A stretch of 64,000 nt of DNA, filler included, from Kipferlia bialata (GCA_003568945.1; 6 parts of 6 records of this genome joined end to end with filler, not necessarily neighbours in it), one strand, 5' to 3'. Shown: positions 38,727 through 51,369, counted from the first letter of the whole stretch. The notes: generated by a model from the sequence alone, not told the origin. Translations and numbers: made by a program.

Positions 38727-41539
38727 ATGGCTGACGGTGAGATTGAGTACGTCGAAAACGAGAGCTACGATGCTCTCGTAGCCGAGTTCCTTCCCATCAT
38801 GCAGGAGCTGGGAGTGGAGGTTGAGGATGCCACCCTCCGCCAGCTGATGGACTCCTTCAACACCTCCGATGTTGATGAGATCAGGGCCAAGCTCACCCAC
38901 AACATCGAGCAGATCCAGGCCTCTGCCACCACTAGCTGCCTGGTGTCTCTCCCCGAGTACCCCTTCCGCCGTGACGAGATCCCCGAGCCCAAGGAGGACC
39001 TGGATGTCTACATCCCAGAGCTCCTGTGCTGCGAGGCCTGTGACCGTGTCATGATCCAGCCCATCCTCCTGGTCCCCTGTGGACACAACGTGTGCCGCCT
39101 TTGCGTTGAGAAGAACGCTGAGGAGAACGACGCCGTGTGCCCCGAGTGCCAGAACGAGGTTGATCTGGCTGTGGTGGTCAACAAGTACGAGGACCACGTT
39201 GCCACCCACATCCCCTTCACCTGCCCATACAAGAAGTGCGGCTGTGAGTTTGAGGGCTACGTGCCCCAGATCTCCGAGCACCTTGAGGAGTGCCCCTTCA
39301 GGCCCGTCCCATGCACCAACGCCCCCCAGGGCTGCCCCGAGATGCTCCCCCGCCAGGAGCTGGCCAACCACGTGGAGAACGAGTGCGGACACCGCCTTGT
39401 CCCCTGCCAGTGGTGCGAGACTGAGGTGTTTGCCTGTGAGCTCGAGGAGCACGAGGCCCAGTGCGACCAGCGCATAGAGCGCTGCGAGTACTTCAAGGCC
39501 GAGGAGGAGGTTGCTGAGGGTGAGGAGGCCGAGGCCATGCCCGAGGGAGGCTGCCAGTACAAGGGCACCCCCGCCCAGCTCGAGGAGCACGAGGAGGAGT
39601 GCCTCTTTGTCACCGTCAACTGCCCCTTCTGCGAGCGCGGCTGCGAGTGGACCGGACTCCGCGGACACGTGGCTGCCCACGTCGACGAGGAGGGTGAGTG
39701 CGAGTACCGTGACGCCAAGTGCCCCGCCTGCTCTGAGACCCTGCCTCTGCAGGAGCTCGAGGCTCACCTTGCCCAGTGCGATGAGCTTGTGGTCACCTGC
39801 CCCCACGCCACCGACGGCTGTGAGTGGGAGGGCCGCAGAGGCGACCTCGACCAGCACCTCCAGGAGGAGTGCCAGGAGGAGGAGGTCGAGTGCCCCCACG
39901 CCGACCTCGGCTGCATGTGGAACCACCGCCGTGGAGACCTTGCCGAGCACGTGGGCGAGACCTGCGAGTACCGTGACGTTGAGTGCCAGTGGTGCAAGTC
40001 TGTGCTGCTGGCCCACGAGCTCGAGAGCCACGAAGAGGGCTGCGACGACCGCGTCATGACCTGCCCCAACACCGACGAGGAGAACGAGACCGGGTGCCAG
40101 TGGGAGGGCCGCCAGGGAGAGCTGGAGGGCCACCTGCTGGTGTGCGAGTACCAGGTGGTGACCTGCCGTTACGCCGAGGACGGCTGCCAGGAGTCTGGCC
40201 AGAGGTACGCCATGGAGGAGCACGAGGTGGAGTGCGAGTTCCGTGACCTTGAGTGCCCCTTCTGCTCCTTCGGCTGCAAGGCCCACGAGCTCGAGGACCA
40301 CATGGCCGAGTGCGACCTGCGCCCAGTCGAGTGTGAGTTCTGCAGCTGCTGCTTCAAGTTCAACGAGCTTGAGGACCACGTGATGGAGTGCCCCAAGCGC
40401 ATTGTCACCTGCGAGGTGCCATTCTGTGAGGAGCAGGTTGTGTTCGACGAGCTCGAGACCCACTGTGCTGACCCCGCCTTCCTTGGCGCTCACATCCTCG
40501 GCCTCGCCCGCCACCAGAAGATGTACTGCACCGTTGAGGCCCACGCCGAGCTTGTCGCTCGCGTTGAGGAGCTTGAGAACAACGGAGTGCGCGTGACCTC
40601 TGCCCCTGCCCCCGCCAAGGAGGCTGCCCCCGCTGAGGAGGCCGCCCCTGTGGACGAGGAGCTCGACATGGATGCCATCGACTTCAACCAGACCACCATC
40701 TCCCTGTCTGCCCCCGAGCACATCGTGATCAACCAGCACGCCCCCGTGCAGGTGCTCTACCAGTGCCGCAACGCCATGGGCGCCCTTCTCTCTGAGCCCA
40801 AGCTCGAGGGAGCCGTTGCCCTCACCTCCCTCGCCATCATCGACCCCTTCGAGGACAGGTGTGTATATGCATGTACCTCTCTCTCTCTCTACCCTCCTCC
40901 TGTTTCTACCATCACCCATCCTCCCTCTGACCCCCTAGGACTGACGCTGAGCTCGTCACTGACCCCGAGGGCCGCCCCCTTGCTGAGTACGACCTCAAGC
41001 CCCGTCTCCCTGGCCAGTACACCATCGTTGCCCAGTTCAACGACGGCAAGACCCACACCGTGTCCATCAACGTGAAGCCCATCTTCTCCAAGAAGTACAG
41101 GAACGACTCCGTTGAGCTCAACAGGGACCGCAACACCGCCACCCTCGTCAAGAAGGGCAAGAAGGTCGCCGTCCACGGCCACTTCTGCCTCACCCGCGGC
41201 AAGCACACCTTCAGGTTCAGGATCGCCAAGTCCAAGGCTGGCCGTGTCGTGATTGGAGTTGTGAGGTTCAAGGGACCCCAGAAGGCCATCGCTGCCTCTG
41301 GAGAGGGCTGCGGCTACTCTGGTGCCGACGGATGCATCCACAAGCTGTCCTCCAGGACTGCCTACGGCCCCACCCTCAAGGAGGGCGACAGGGTTGAGCT
41401 CATGGTTGACATGGCTGAGAGGCGCGTGTCCTACGTCGTCAACGACCACGACTTCGGCCCTGCCTTCACCTGCCCCTCCACCGTGACCGTGTACGTCGCC
41501 ATGTCCGACGAGGGCGACGTTGTGGAGCTCGAGAACTAA
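38727..41539 (+). CDS. Putative E3 ligase: RING + ~14 TRAF/SIAH-type zinc fingers + filamin-like Ig repeat + SPRY/B30.2 domain
   Basis: Exon 38727-40858 has RING CEAC...PCGHNVCRLC...CPEC and tandem C..C...H...C fingers. Intron 40859-40938. Exon 2 has KPRLPGQYTI and SPRY-like GKHTFRF...VVIGV...GDRVELMVDM...VN..FGPAF. Confidence 0.88.
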
Positions 41540-41943
41540 GTGCTCTGTGATGTATACTATATGTTCGGTGCCACTTTGTTGAGTTCCTCCCCTGGGCTAC
41601 TTGTTGATACCTAGGGACTGTGTGTTGTTGTATGGCTAGTAAATGTTCGATTCTTGTTGTTGTGTATTTGTTGCAGAGCATGGTGAAGTGTGTCAAGTTG
41701 AGTGAATGTATTGTATGGATAGTCTGTGGAGGTCAATTCTTGACCTCTGAACCTCTTGCGTCTAATAGTTACTGAGGCATACAGACCCACACAATTACAC
41801 CTCTCATTTACTACGCAGGCCGTCTCCGCTATCCCAAATAACTAAAAATATACAACTCTGACTCCAGTGAGCAGACTAGACAAGGAGACAACCTACCACA
41901 CACCCTATTGATACAATAATAACTACCCCACACCACTATACCC

Positions 41944-42876
41944 TCAGTAGTCGCGGCGCCTGATGACGCTGTCTGTCATGGATGATATGGAGATGTCCTC
42001 CACAGAGGTGGGCCTCAGCCTGCCCTCCCTGTCTCTATAGGAGGACACACTCCGCTCACAGACACTCTCGGACTGGATGCCGGAGAGGATGGCACTCAGC
42101 CTCGACTGCTGGTGCTCCAGGGCGTGCAGCGTCTCGGACTCCTCCTTCTCCACAGGGCTGAAGTACTGGCTCATCTGGGAGTCGGTGCGTGTCTCCTCCA
42201 CAGGCACACTCTCGCACTGCCGCATGGGGCTGGAGGGGGTGGAGGAGGCGGGGGAGTATGCCTCCAGGGTCCACACCCCTGTGGTGCGGGGTCTGTCAGA
42301 GTCGCACACACTCAGACGCCCAGGGGAGGCGGGCAGGGAGGATATGCTGTGCTGCCTCTCCCTGATGGCCCTCTCCACATCAATCTTGGGCACAGGCTCT
42401 CTGGATGCACGCAGCACACCGCTGGCACTCTGCACCTCACACTTGGGCATAGGCTTCTTACTCTGCTCCAGGCGTTGTGGGACCCGCCCCTTCTTCGCGT
42501 TGGGGGATGGGAGGTGTGTGAGCTGGAAGGACGACCGCATGGTGGGCATGGGCCTCCGTCTAGAAGGGGAGGGGGCATGGGAGCCAGTCGGCATGGCGCT
42601 GTAGGCAGCAGCCAGACCCATCCCACCCCGCACCTGCTTGGCGTCCACGGTGTCCCCCCTCTTGCCAGCAGACATGAGCTCTGCCTGGGAGCAGGTGAGG
42701 CCAGAGGCACGGGGGGTGCCGACAGAGGGCTTGACAGTGCACTCCGCAGAACGGAGGGTGTTGCGGAGCTGACCCCGGGCGCTGGCCAGGGACACAGACT
42801 GCTGCTCCACCCACTGGGACAGAGTGTCGTCGGTGGGGGTGTGTGGAGACACAAATGCCGGCAGCTGGTTCCCCAT
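41944..42876 (-). CDS. Intronless Ser/Arg/Pro-rich hypothetical protein (310 aa)
   Basis: Long GC-rich ORF with strong GC3 bias, convergent with the RING gene. Confidence 0.7.
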   Translation of the reverse strand: MGNQLPAFVSPHTPTDDTLSQWVEQQSVSLASARGQLRNTLRSAECTVKPSVGTPRASGLTCSQAELMSAGKRGDTVDAKQVRGGMGLAAAYSAMPTGSHAPSPSRRRPMPTMRSSFQLTHLPSPNAKKGRVPQRLEQSKKPMPKCEVQSASGVLRASREPVPKIDVERAIRERQHSISSLPASPGRLSVCDSDRPRTTGVWTLEAYSPASSTPSSPMRQCESVPVEETRTDSQMSQYFSPVEKEESETLHALEHQQSRLSAILSGIQSESVCERSVSSYRDREGRLRPTSVEDISISSMTDSVIRRRDY

Positions 42877-43433
42877 GTCAACTGGGCTGGCCTGAACGGC
42901 CTGGGACTTGGGGACTGGGATGAGAGGGGGAACCTACCTACCACACAATACACCATACCCCACACATGTATAAGGACATATAGCAGTAGAATAGAGCTCA
43001 AATGTACCTGTTGCGACAAGACTCAAGCGTCCGCACTCATCAGACGAATTGTCAATTAGACCACATTCCCTAACCGTTCTGAACTCCCTGGGCTTCGCAA
43101 GGTCCTTCATGATCCCTCCATATGCAGCATCGACCACTCTGTCCGACCAGTCGCTCTTCTGAGGCGCTGTCGGCAGAGAACCCTCAGCAGATGGCATTTT
43201 CCCACAGTTGTGCAAGAGACGACTCTCAAAAAACCCAAACTGCCGCCTCTACTACTCTACAAGGACTCCTAGCAACAGGAAGGCCGACTGATGGAGGCAG
43301 TACGGCGTCTGAATAGCAGATCTCGCAGTGAAGGTCAGATGCCAAACAAACAAGAGAAAGGGGTGTAGGCCAAGAGAGCAGGAATCTGCTAACGCACAGA
43401 GTCTGTGCCACAGACCTTCTCTCAGACGTGGCC

Positions 43434-44875
43434 ATGAGTGCGTCCAACACCCCCAGGAGTCGCCACACGGCGGCTGGGAAAAGCGCCTTTGTCATCATCT
43501 CAGAGCGAGACAACCGACGTTATAGGTTACTGGTCAAGGAGAGGTATGCAGCAGTATTGTTATATCAGTCTCTAAGTCTGAGTCAGAATTTGACTGCACT
43601 CTCACCCCCCAGTGCACTGCCCATATTGAAGATTAGCAGCATCAAGAAGAACCTTGCCAAGAGTGCGGGCATCCCCCCCCATGTGCAGCAGCTGTATCTG
43701 GCCACAATGCCTCACAGAGAGCTAGGTGACACTGTGGTTGGGAGGGAGTACGGCCTGTGTGGGGGAATGGAGCTGATCCTCCGTATCAAGGGGGACCCTG
43801 TGAGGGAGAGGGCGACTCCCCGAGTGAGTGGGTCTGTGGGCCCTACCTCCAGCACCCCCTATGTGGGTGAGGGCCAGTCCCTGCCTGCCCCCATGCCCAT
43901 ACCCAGAGGGGTGGCATCGGAGAGGGTGCAGCACAGAGAGAGGGAGAGTGTGTCCAGGGAGAGGGGGTCTGGGCGGGTGGCCGACTCATACATGTCCAGG
44001 GGTGATGGGTACAATGCCATGAGGGAGTTCTTCTCCCCCTATCCTCAGCCATCAAGTGCGCAGAGAGAGAGGGAGAGGGAGAGGGAGAGCCCCCAGGTAG
44101 GGGTGTGGCCTGAGGGTACCGTTGGGGGTCAGAGCATGGGGAGGGACCAGGGTGAGAAGGGTCCCTACCGGGTGTCCCAGTCTGGGGAGAGAGAGAGAGA
44201 TAGAGGCAGACAGGGCCCGCCCCTTCCCTCCCTGCCGCCCCAGACCAGACAGACAGAGAGGTACCAGCCACCCCTGCCACCCCAGAGGGAGAGGGACAGG
44301 ATGGGAGAGGACAGAGACCCCTACTCCCACCTCCCCCCTGCTGCCTCTGACACACCCCTGTCGGTGTCACAGTTCACAAGGTCTAGGTAGGGAGTGTTCG
44401 CATGAAATCTACTCTCTCTTTAGTCCCCCCCCCCTCCCTTACTCTCTCTCACTATCTGTATTGTCTGATATTATATACAGACTTAGTATCCCTCCCATGA
44501 GCAGGTCCCAGTCTGTGCAGCCTGGTGACCTTCTCTCTCTCTCTCTCTCTATCCCATATATTATATTCGTGCTCATGCCAGGTCCCAGTCTGTGCAGCCT
44601 GACCTTGTCTCTCTCTCTATCCCATATATTGTATACTATACATATTACACCCACCCAAGGTCCCAGTCTGTGCAGCCTGGTGAGCGGGGTGCCTCCACCG
44701 TGCCCTCCCTGGAGTATGCAGTGGCCAGGCTGACACAGTCCCTGGCATCGGCTCAGACACAGCTGGCACAGGTATGGTAGATGCATATGTATATGTATAA
44801 ATGTATATATATATATATGTGTGTGTGTGGTTACATATCCCTGGCATCGGCACAGACACAGGTGGCTCGGGTAGA

Positions 44876-44911
<36 letters not shown>

Positions 44912-46930
44912 ATATATGTAAGCATAGGACATCCTCCCTCCCTCGCCCTCAGGAGCGCATAGCCGCTGCCTCCCAGACCGACTCTCTCTGTCTCTGTCTC
45001 TATCTCTATCTATATATATCTCTCTCTCTATATGTATTTATACATGGATGTCTCATCCCCAGGAGCGTATGGCCGCTGCCTCCCAGACGGACTCTGCCTG
45101 TGTTGAGGCATCTGAGACACAAAGGAGACTGAGTGCAGAGTACCAGCAAGTGGTGGCAGACCTAGGTACTAATCTCTATGTATATGTGAGTATAAATATA
45201 GAGAGAGTAGCTATCTGATCCCCAGTGACCCAGATGGGCAAAGAGGACATGAGTATTGTCGATATATATATATAGATTACCTCTCTCTGATACCAGTGAC
45301 CCAGATGGACAAGGAGGAGAGAGAGATGGAGGCCCGGCATAGGGGGGAGAGGGAGAGGCAGCAGAGGCGCCTGCAGAGGGAGGGTGACGAGAGGGCAGAG
45401 AGAGAGAGGCAGAGGGAGAAGGCGAAGGCTGAGGCAGAGAGAGATGCCGCCAAGCTCCACAGAGACGTGGCACTGCTCGCATCGGCCATGCAGGTATGAG
45501 GCTGAAGTATCTACATCTATATACTATACATATCCGAATCTATATCTCTGCCCCACTCCAGGGTGTGCGGCAGGAGGCTGCGAGGGAGAGAGAGCGTCTG
45601 GAGCGGCACTACGACCAGGAGAAGGCGTCTGTGGTGGATGCCCTGAGGCTGAGGGAGGAGCAGCGGCAGAAGCTGCGGGACACGGAGAGAGACAACCTGA
45701 GAGACAGGGGCAGAGAGCACGAGCTAAGAGTAGGCCTGGCGGTGCTGAGGCAGAGGGTGAAGGAGAGGGAGGAGATGTGCAGGGCAGTGGAGGGTGGCCT
45801 AGGGGATGTATCCCTGGTGGATGACGGGCAGGATGACGATGTGATTGTGACAGCAGAGGGGGTCAGGGAGAGGCTGGTGGCCGAGACACACCGCAAGAAC
45901 GCCATCCTGGATGCACTTGATAGAGTCCTCGGCCCTGTGCGTGTGTATGTCACACTCAGACACCTGGGCAGTGGCATTGATGTTATTGACTCTACCTCTG
46001 TGGCTGTCAATGGGGTGCCCCTGAGTGTCACGGGGGTGGTCAAGCCTGCTGCCCTGACGGCACCCAATGTGCACACCATAGTGCGCCCTGCCCTGACAGG
46101 TGGGTACATCATATAATCGTACTACTATATATACTACTCAATGCTACTATACATCTGTATATACTGCCACTGATACTCAGGTGGGTGCACCATCGTGTGT
46201 CTGGGCCCATCCAGTGGGGGCAAGAGCCACCTGCTGTACGGGGACCCCTTCTCCCCCTCCCACTCCCTGCCTGGCCTTGTCGAGCTGATATGCGCAGAGG
46301 CTCTGGGTGAGGACATGGGTGGGTCCAGTGGGGTGGACATTGCACCCCTGGGGGACAGCGAGAGGGGTGCTGTGTGCGTGCTCTCTCTCTCCCTGGGTGT
46401 GAGGGTGGGTGGCGCCATGATCGACCTCTTGTCTGATGATGCTGAGGCCAAGGTGCTCTCCCCCACCCTCCCCCCCTGCGGTGACCCCTGTGTGAGTATG
46501 GAGGGGGTCAGGGCCAGGTTGAGGCAGGGGCTGAGCCGGGCAGAGGCCTACGAGGCTGAGGGTCTTGTATGTAGAGTGGCTGTGCATGGGAGAGACTCCT
46601 TCACCAGGGTGACCACTCTAGTGGAGATGAGAAGTCCCACCCCCTATCTGTCTGACACCCTGGCTGCACTGGCAGGAGGGGAGGACCTCCCACCCGCCGC
46701 ATGCGCCTCTGGGGAGGAGGCCTGGCTGGGACTGGAAGGCGCAGACAAGGTATATATGCCCATCACATATATATACATATATATATACCCGTAGATACTA
46801 CTCTCTAACCCTTCAGGTCATTGTGCTGGCCATGCTCAGCCACGATGCCTCAGCCGGGGGTGCTGTGGCAGAGGTGGTCAAGGCCATACCTACTGTGCGT
46901 AATGTGGCCATCAGAGACCTGGGGTTGTAA
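43434..46930 (+). CDS. Ubiquitin-like domain + coiled coil + degenerate C-terminal kinesin-14-like motor domain
   Basis: UBL: ISSIKKNLAKSAGIPPHVQQLYL...LGD...EYGL..G.EL.L. E/R-rich coil, then neck-like ILDALDRVLGPVRVYVTLR and P-loop CLGPSSGGKSHLLYG. Stop at 46928-46930. Confidence 0.68.
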
Positions 46931-47073
46931 CAGTAATAGAGTGTACGATAGCGTTTGAGCATCGTTGCCTTAATCCAATGTAATCAGTCTATCCTTTCAG
47001 TACTCTCTTCACAGATTTCCTCTCCATATACTAATAGCCTGTCCTAGCACCGTGTACAACAGTTGTGAGAGAC

Positions 47074-47699
47074 ATGGGTAAGTCCAGGTCGAAGAGAGAG
47101 AGGGATGACGTGGGGGAGGGTGGGGATGGTGTGAAGACACCGCGCCAAAAGAAGAGTAAGAGCAAGGAGCACAAGTCATTGCGCCACAAGAAGAAGGGGA
47201 AGGGGGCCTCAGCCTTGACCCCAGTCGTAGGTGCTACACCTGTGGTTACCACTGTGGGCACCCCTGTGCAGACTGAGAGTGCCAAGGTCAAGGTGAAGAA
47301 GAAGAAGACCAAGTCGAAGAAGACCCCGTCCACTGCTGGTGCCTCCACCCCAAGCACTACCAAGGCAGGGGACGCCAAGTCCAAGGGCACTGTGAGCAAG
47401 AAGGAGGGAGCAACAAAGCGGCCTCACCACCTGAGTGTGTCTGAGACCCCCACCACACAGGTCACACCATCCACCCGGCATATCACCCCCACCCCTGTGG
47501 ACACCACCCCTCGCAAGAGCAAGAAGAGCAAGAAGAGTGGCAAGACGCCCAAGGCAGTTGCTGACACCCCCTCTGCTGCCCCTGTGTGTGCCTCTCCCAC
47601 TCCCATGGGCCACAGACAGAGGGTGTACTCGGGTGCCCTCATGTCCCAGATCCTGTCCCACCTGCCCATAGCAGATGTGGCATCCGTCATACAGGCCAG
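47074..47699 (+). CDS. First exon of a Lys/Thr-rich protein ending in an F-box-like motif
   Basis: Basic low-complexity N-terminus, then GALMSQILSHLPIADVASV. Confidence 0.55.
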
Positions 47700-47821
47700 G
47701 TGACTGGTTCCTGATGTACTCTCTCTCTCCCCTTCTCGGTGTCCTCTCTCCCAGAAGCTCATTTCTCTCTTCACTCTTTATTCTAGACTGTATTCTATTC
47801 TAGACTGTCTCTTTCTCTCTC

Positions 47822-47857
<36 letters not shown>

Positions 47858-47902
47858 ACTCATGTATACATACTTATACCTCACTTCCTTCGCTCACATC
47901 CA

Positions 47903-50900
47903 GGTTGGTATGACGGAGATCAGAGAATCCGTGTTCGAGTGCATCTCAACGACAAAAGGCCCCAGTGGCTACTACACCTTCACCCTTCCTGCTCAGTGTG
48001 AGACTGGATGCGCGGCCCTTACACTGATATCCAACAGGCACAGAAAGGTATCAGTATCAGTATCATAATAGTATAAGTATACAGATACTGATACAGATAC
48101 TGTTGCTGATACCCTTACAGTGCTCTCCAACAGCCACAGAAAGGTATCAGTAGCAGTACATAGCATATAGTATTACCTTATACATACTCATACTGATATA
48201 GTATATTGTATACATATACTGATACTGATACTGATATAGTATATGCTGTATACAGTATACATATACACATACTGATACTTACTCTGATAGACAGGATCTG
48301 CCCCCCTCCCACGATGGTACGGGGTGGTCGCTTGCACGTATACTCGTGGAGAGTGACAATGTCACTGGCGAGCCCCGTATCGGGCTTGGAGACTGGCTGC
48401 CTGACCACAAAAGGGCGGGAAAAGGTATCAGCGTACCCAAGATTGTTGGTCATGATGTATACACATATATAGGTAAGTGACAATCTGTGTCTGCTTATCC
48501 CACTGACTATCAATCTGTATCTGATTATCACAGATACCCTCCTGCACCGGCTAAGTGGCGATTGCCGTGATGCCATATATACTGACAACACGGTGGCCAC
48601 CTGGGTTGTGGGGCCGTGTATGTACTGCTTCTGCTACGGTGACCAGGTATACATACTATACACTACAGTCATGCAATCAAGAGGTAGTGTATACTATACT
48701 TGGCTTGTATACATTGAGAGAGAGATGGAGATTATGATATGCTACGGTGACCAGGTATAATACTCAGTAGTATAGTATACAATAGTAGCATATACCCATG
48801 TATAGTTTGTTATAATACTACGCTCATACTGCTACGGTGACCAAGTATATGTACTATGTATATACACTATATGTATACTCTCATATTATCAAGAGATAGC
48901 GCATACTATACATTGCATGAGAATGTTGAGAGGGAGAAAGAGAGAGAGAAATGCAATGGTATCCACTATATCGCTGGGTGATACTGTCCCCCCCCTTCTA
49001 CCACCAGATGATGGAAATTCTCTCTCATGTATGCTATGTATTATCAGAGATACGTTTCTTCCTAGATTCCGATACTGTATGACTCAACCCACCCTCTAAC
49101 ATACGTAGATGATGCACATTCTATCCCTTGACGACCATGTGTGGAGGGACGTCCCCATGACGGCAGGTATGTGTACAACGATAGGAAGTATGATACAGAG
49201 AGCGGGGGAAGTCCCACAATGACAAACATCTATATCTGTATGGTGATATGACATGTGATGATATATGAATTACTTTGGTATATGAATAGTGTCAATGTAT
49301 GTTCGCTCTATAATATATATACATATACTATACATCACTGCACTATGTATACTATATATTGTGCATACATTATATATATCCCACTACTGTCCCTAATAAG
49401 CAGAGGGCCTGGATCCTGGGTACATGAATGTCACTTGTGTGCTAGAGGGGAAGTTGGTCCTCTATGGAGGTATGCACATATGTCAATATATACATATATA
49501 CATGATTGAGGACAAAATGGATAACAAATTAACGTGCATATGTATATGCCCGTGATATAAGTGGTTGCTCTTCTACGGCTACTACTCTATCTAACCCATA
49601 TTCCTGTCTCTCTCTCTCTCTTTCAATGGTCTCTATGTATATGAATTTTGAAGATATATATGTGTGTATGTGACTCTAACTATCCAGGTACCCCTCTTTC
49701 CGAGGCTGACATGGCCCGTGATCCCAGGTTAGAGCAGGTATTACGCTATCAAGGATATAGCTATATATAAATGTATGTATATATATTGGACAAGTTCCAC
49801 ATTGTTACGGGTGAACACATACTGTATACTATATACATTATTTACTATATATTCATATCCTGGGATGTATAGGTGTAATAATTGATATATAGGTATTGAA
49901 ACCCCTGGATGGAGGGGTAACCTACCTTCTAGGTATATATGAATGGAGCATTGAATCGTCAGTAGGAGAGCTTTGTCTCTCTCACACACACACACACCCC
50001 ATATATATCTATGGATATGAATAATACACACTGTAATGTATATGTATGTTTGAGTATATATATAGATACTGATATACACTCTTGTACTACCCACCCAGGT
50101 CAGTGGGAGAGACGACTCCTATCGAATGTGGGTATTTGACCCAGAGAGAGAGCAGGAGGGGTGGAAGGTACGTGTTATACAATTATTGAATACAATTATC
50201 AGTATCAACAGAGAGAGAGAGAGAGAGGGAGAGCAGCAGGGTGGAAGGTATTGTGCGATGGTCGTGACATTCTATTGGGACATGGATATTGCGAAGAGAT
50301 AAAGAGAGATGAGGGAAGAGAGAGTATGATGGTGTTCCTCACTGAATTAGTGAGTGACTGTATATATCCGCCACGGCTACCACTCTCGTCTATCATAGAT
50401 TCTATTACCAATGGTAATTTACCATCCCCTCACCCCGAAGTGCCTAACCTGTCCTGTTCCTAAGCTAGCTGTTTCGTCTCTTTGTGCCATGGGAGACTGC
50501 ATCTATGGAGTGACAAAGGAAGGTACGGGTCAAACTGTGCTCCTAGACCAGCATTCCAATCCCTCTGAACATCACCACAATCGATATCTCCTGAGAATGG
50601 TTACTTCACTCTTTTACCTCACCACCAGGCTGTCTCTCTCCCTACCTCTCTATCTCTCTATCTCTTTTTTCTCTCTCTCTGCATATAGATGTTCCCTCTC
50701 TCATCCCCTAGGCATGTGCACCTTCACTTTCTTTTCTCTCTCTCTCTGCAAGTATAATATTCATTGTATATGTACCCTCTCTGAGAGAGTCTCTCATCCC
50801 ATAGGCATGTGCACCTTCACTCTTAGTGCCGGCTGGTCAGGTGGAGACGGTACCATAGTCTTCACCAGACAGCAGAGAATGTCCACATGCACTCCATACG

Positions 50901-51184
50901 GGGATAGGTACATACTCTACCAGCGGGTGGTAGAGGTTGGGGTTTACAGTCACTCGATGGGATGCAACACTCCCATCTGCCACTATGCAGCCTACGACAC
51001 CCTGACCGGCAAGTGGCATGAGTGTGGGTCCTGTCCCGGTGGCATTGTATGTCATGACTCCGCTACTGACACACTCTTAGTAGCCCAGGAGAGCACGTGG
51101 AAGCTGTATCAGCTGAGGGAGAGAGAGAGAGAGGATACCTCCATTGAGCAGGCACCTCTTCTCAAGGTCCTACTGCAGCTCTGA
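47903..51184 (+). CDS. Multi-exon divergent kelch-like protein, same family as 19127-20023; possibly continues the F-box exon
   Basis: VVGPCMYCF, MHILSLDDHVW, VLEGKLVLYGG, MWVFDPEREQEGWK, CAMGDCIYGV, AAYDTLTGKWHECG. Confidence 0.65.
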
Positions 51185-51269
51185 GGAAGTTCATCATGAA
51201 CTATGGTAGTGTATATCAGGCATGGTAAAAATAGGAGACGGCTCCGGGATTTGCCTCCTGATCCGTAAT

Positions 51270-51369
51270 NNNNNNNNNNNNNNNNNNNNNNNNNNNNNNN
51301 NNNNNNNNNNNNNTTAATTAATTAANNNNNNNNNNNNNNNNNNNNNNNNNNNNNNNNNNNNNNNNNNNN
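51270..51369. other. Artificial contig spacer
   Basis: N-TTAATTAATTAA-N. Confidence 0.97.

Noticed and set aside
38694..40919. 741-aa antisense ORF (also 3692-4465, 5594-6568, 52249-53394, 62462-63868)
   Set aside because: Shadows of GC3-biased or repetitive sense genes, with no domain signal.
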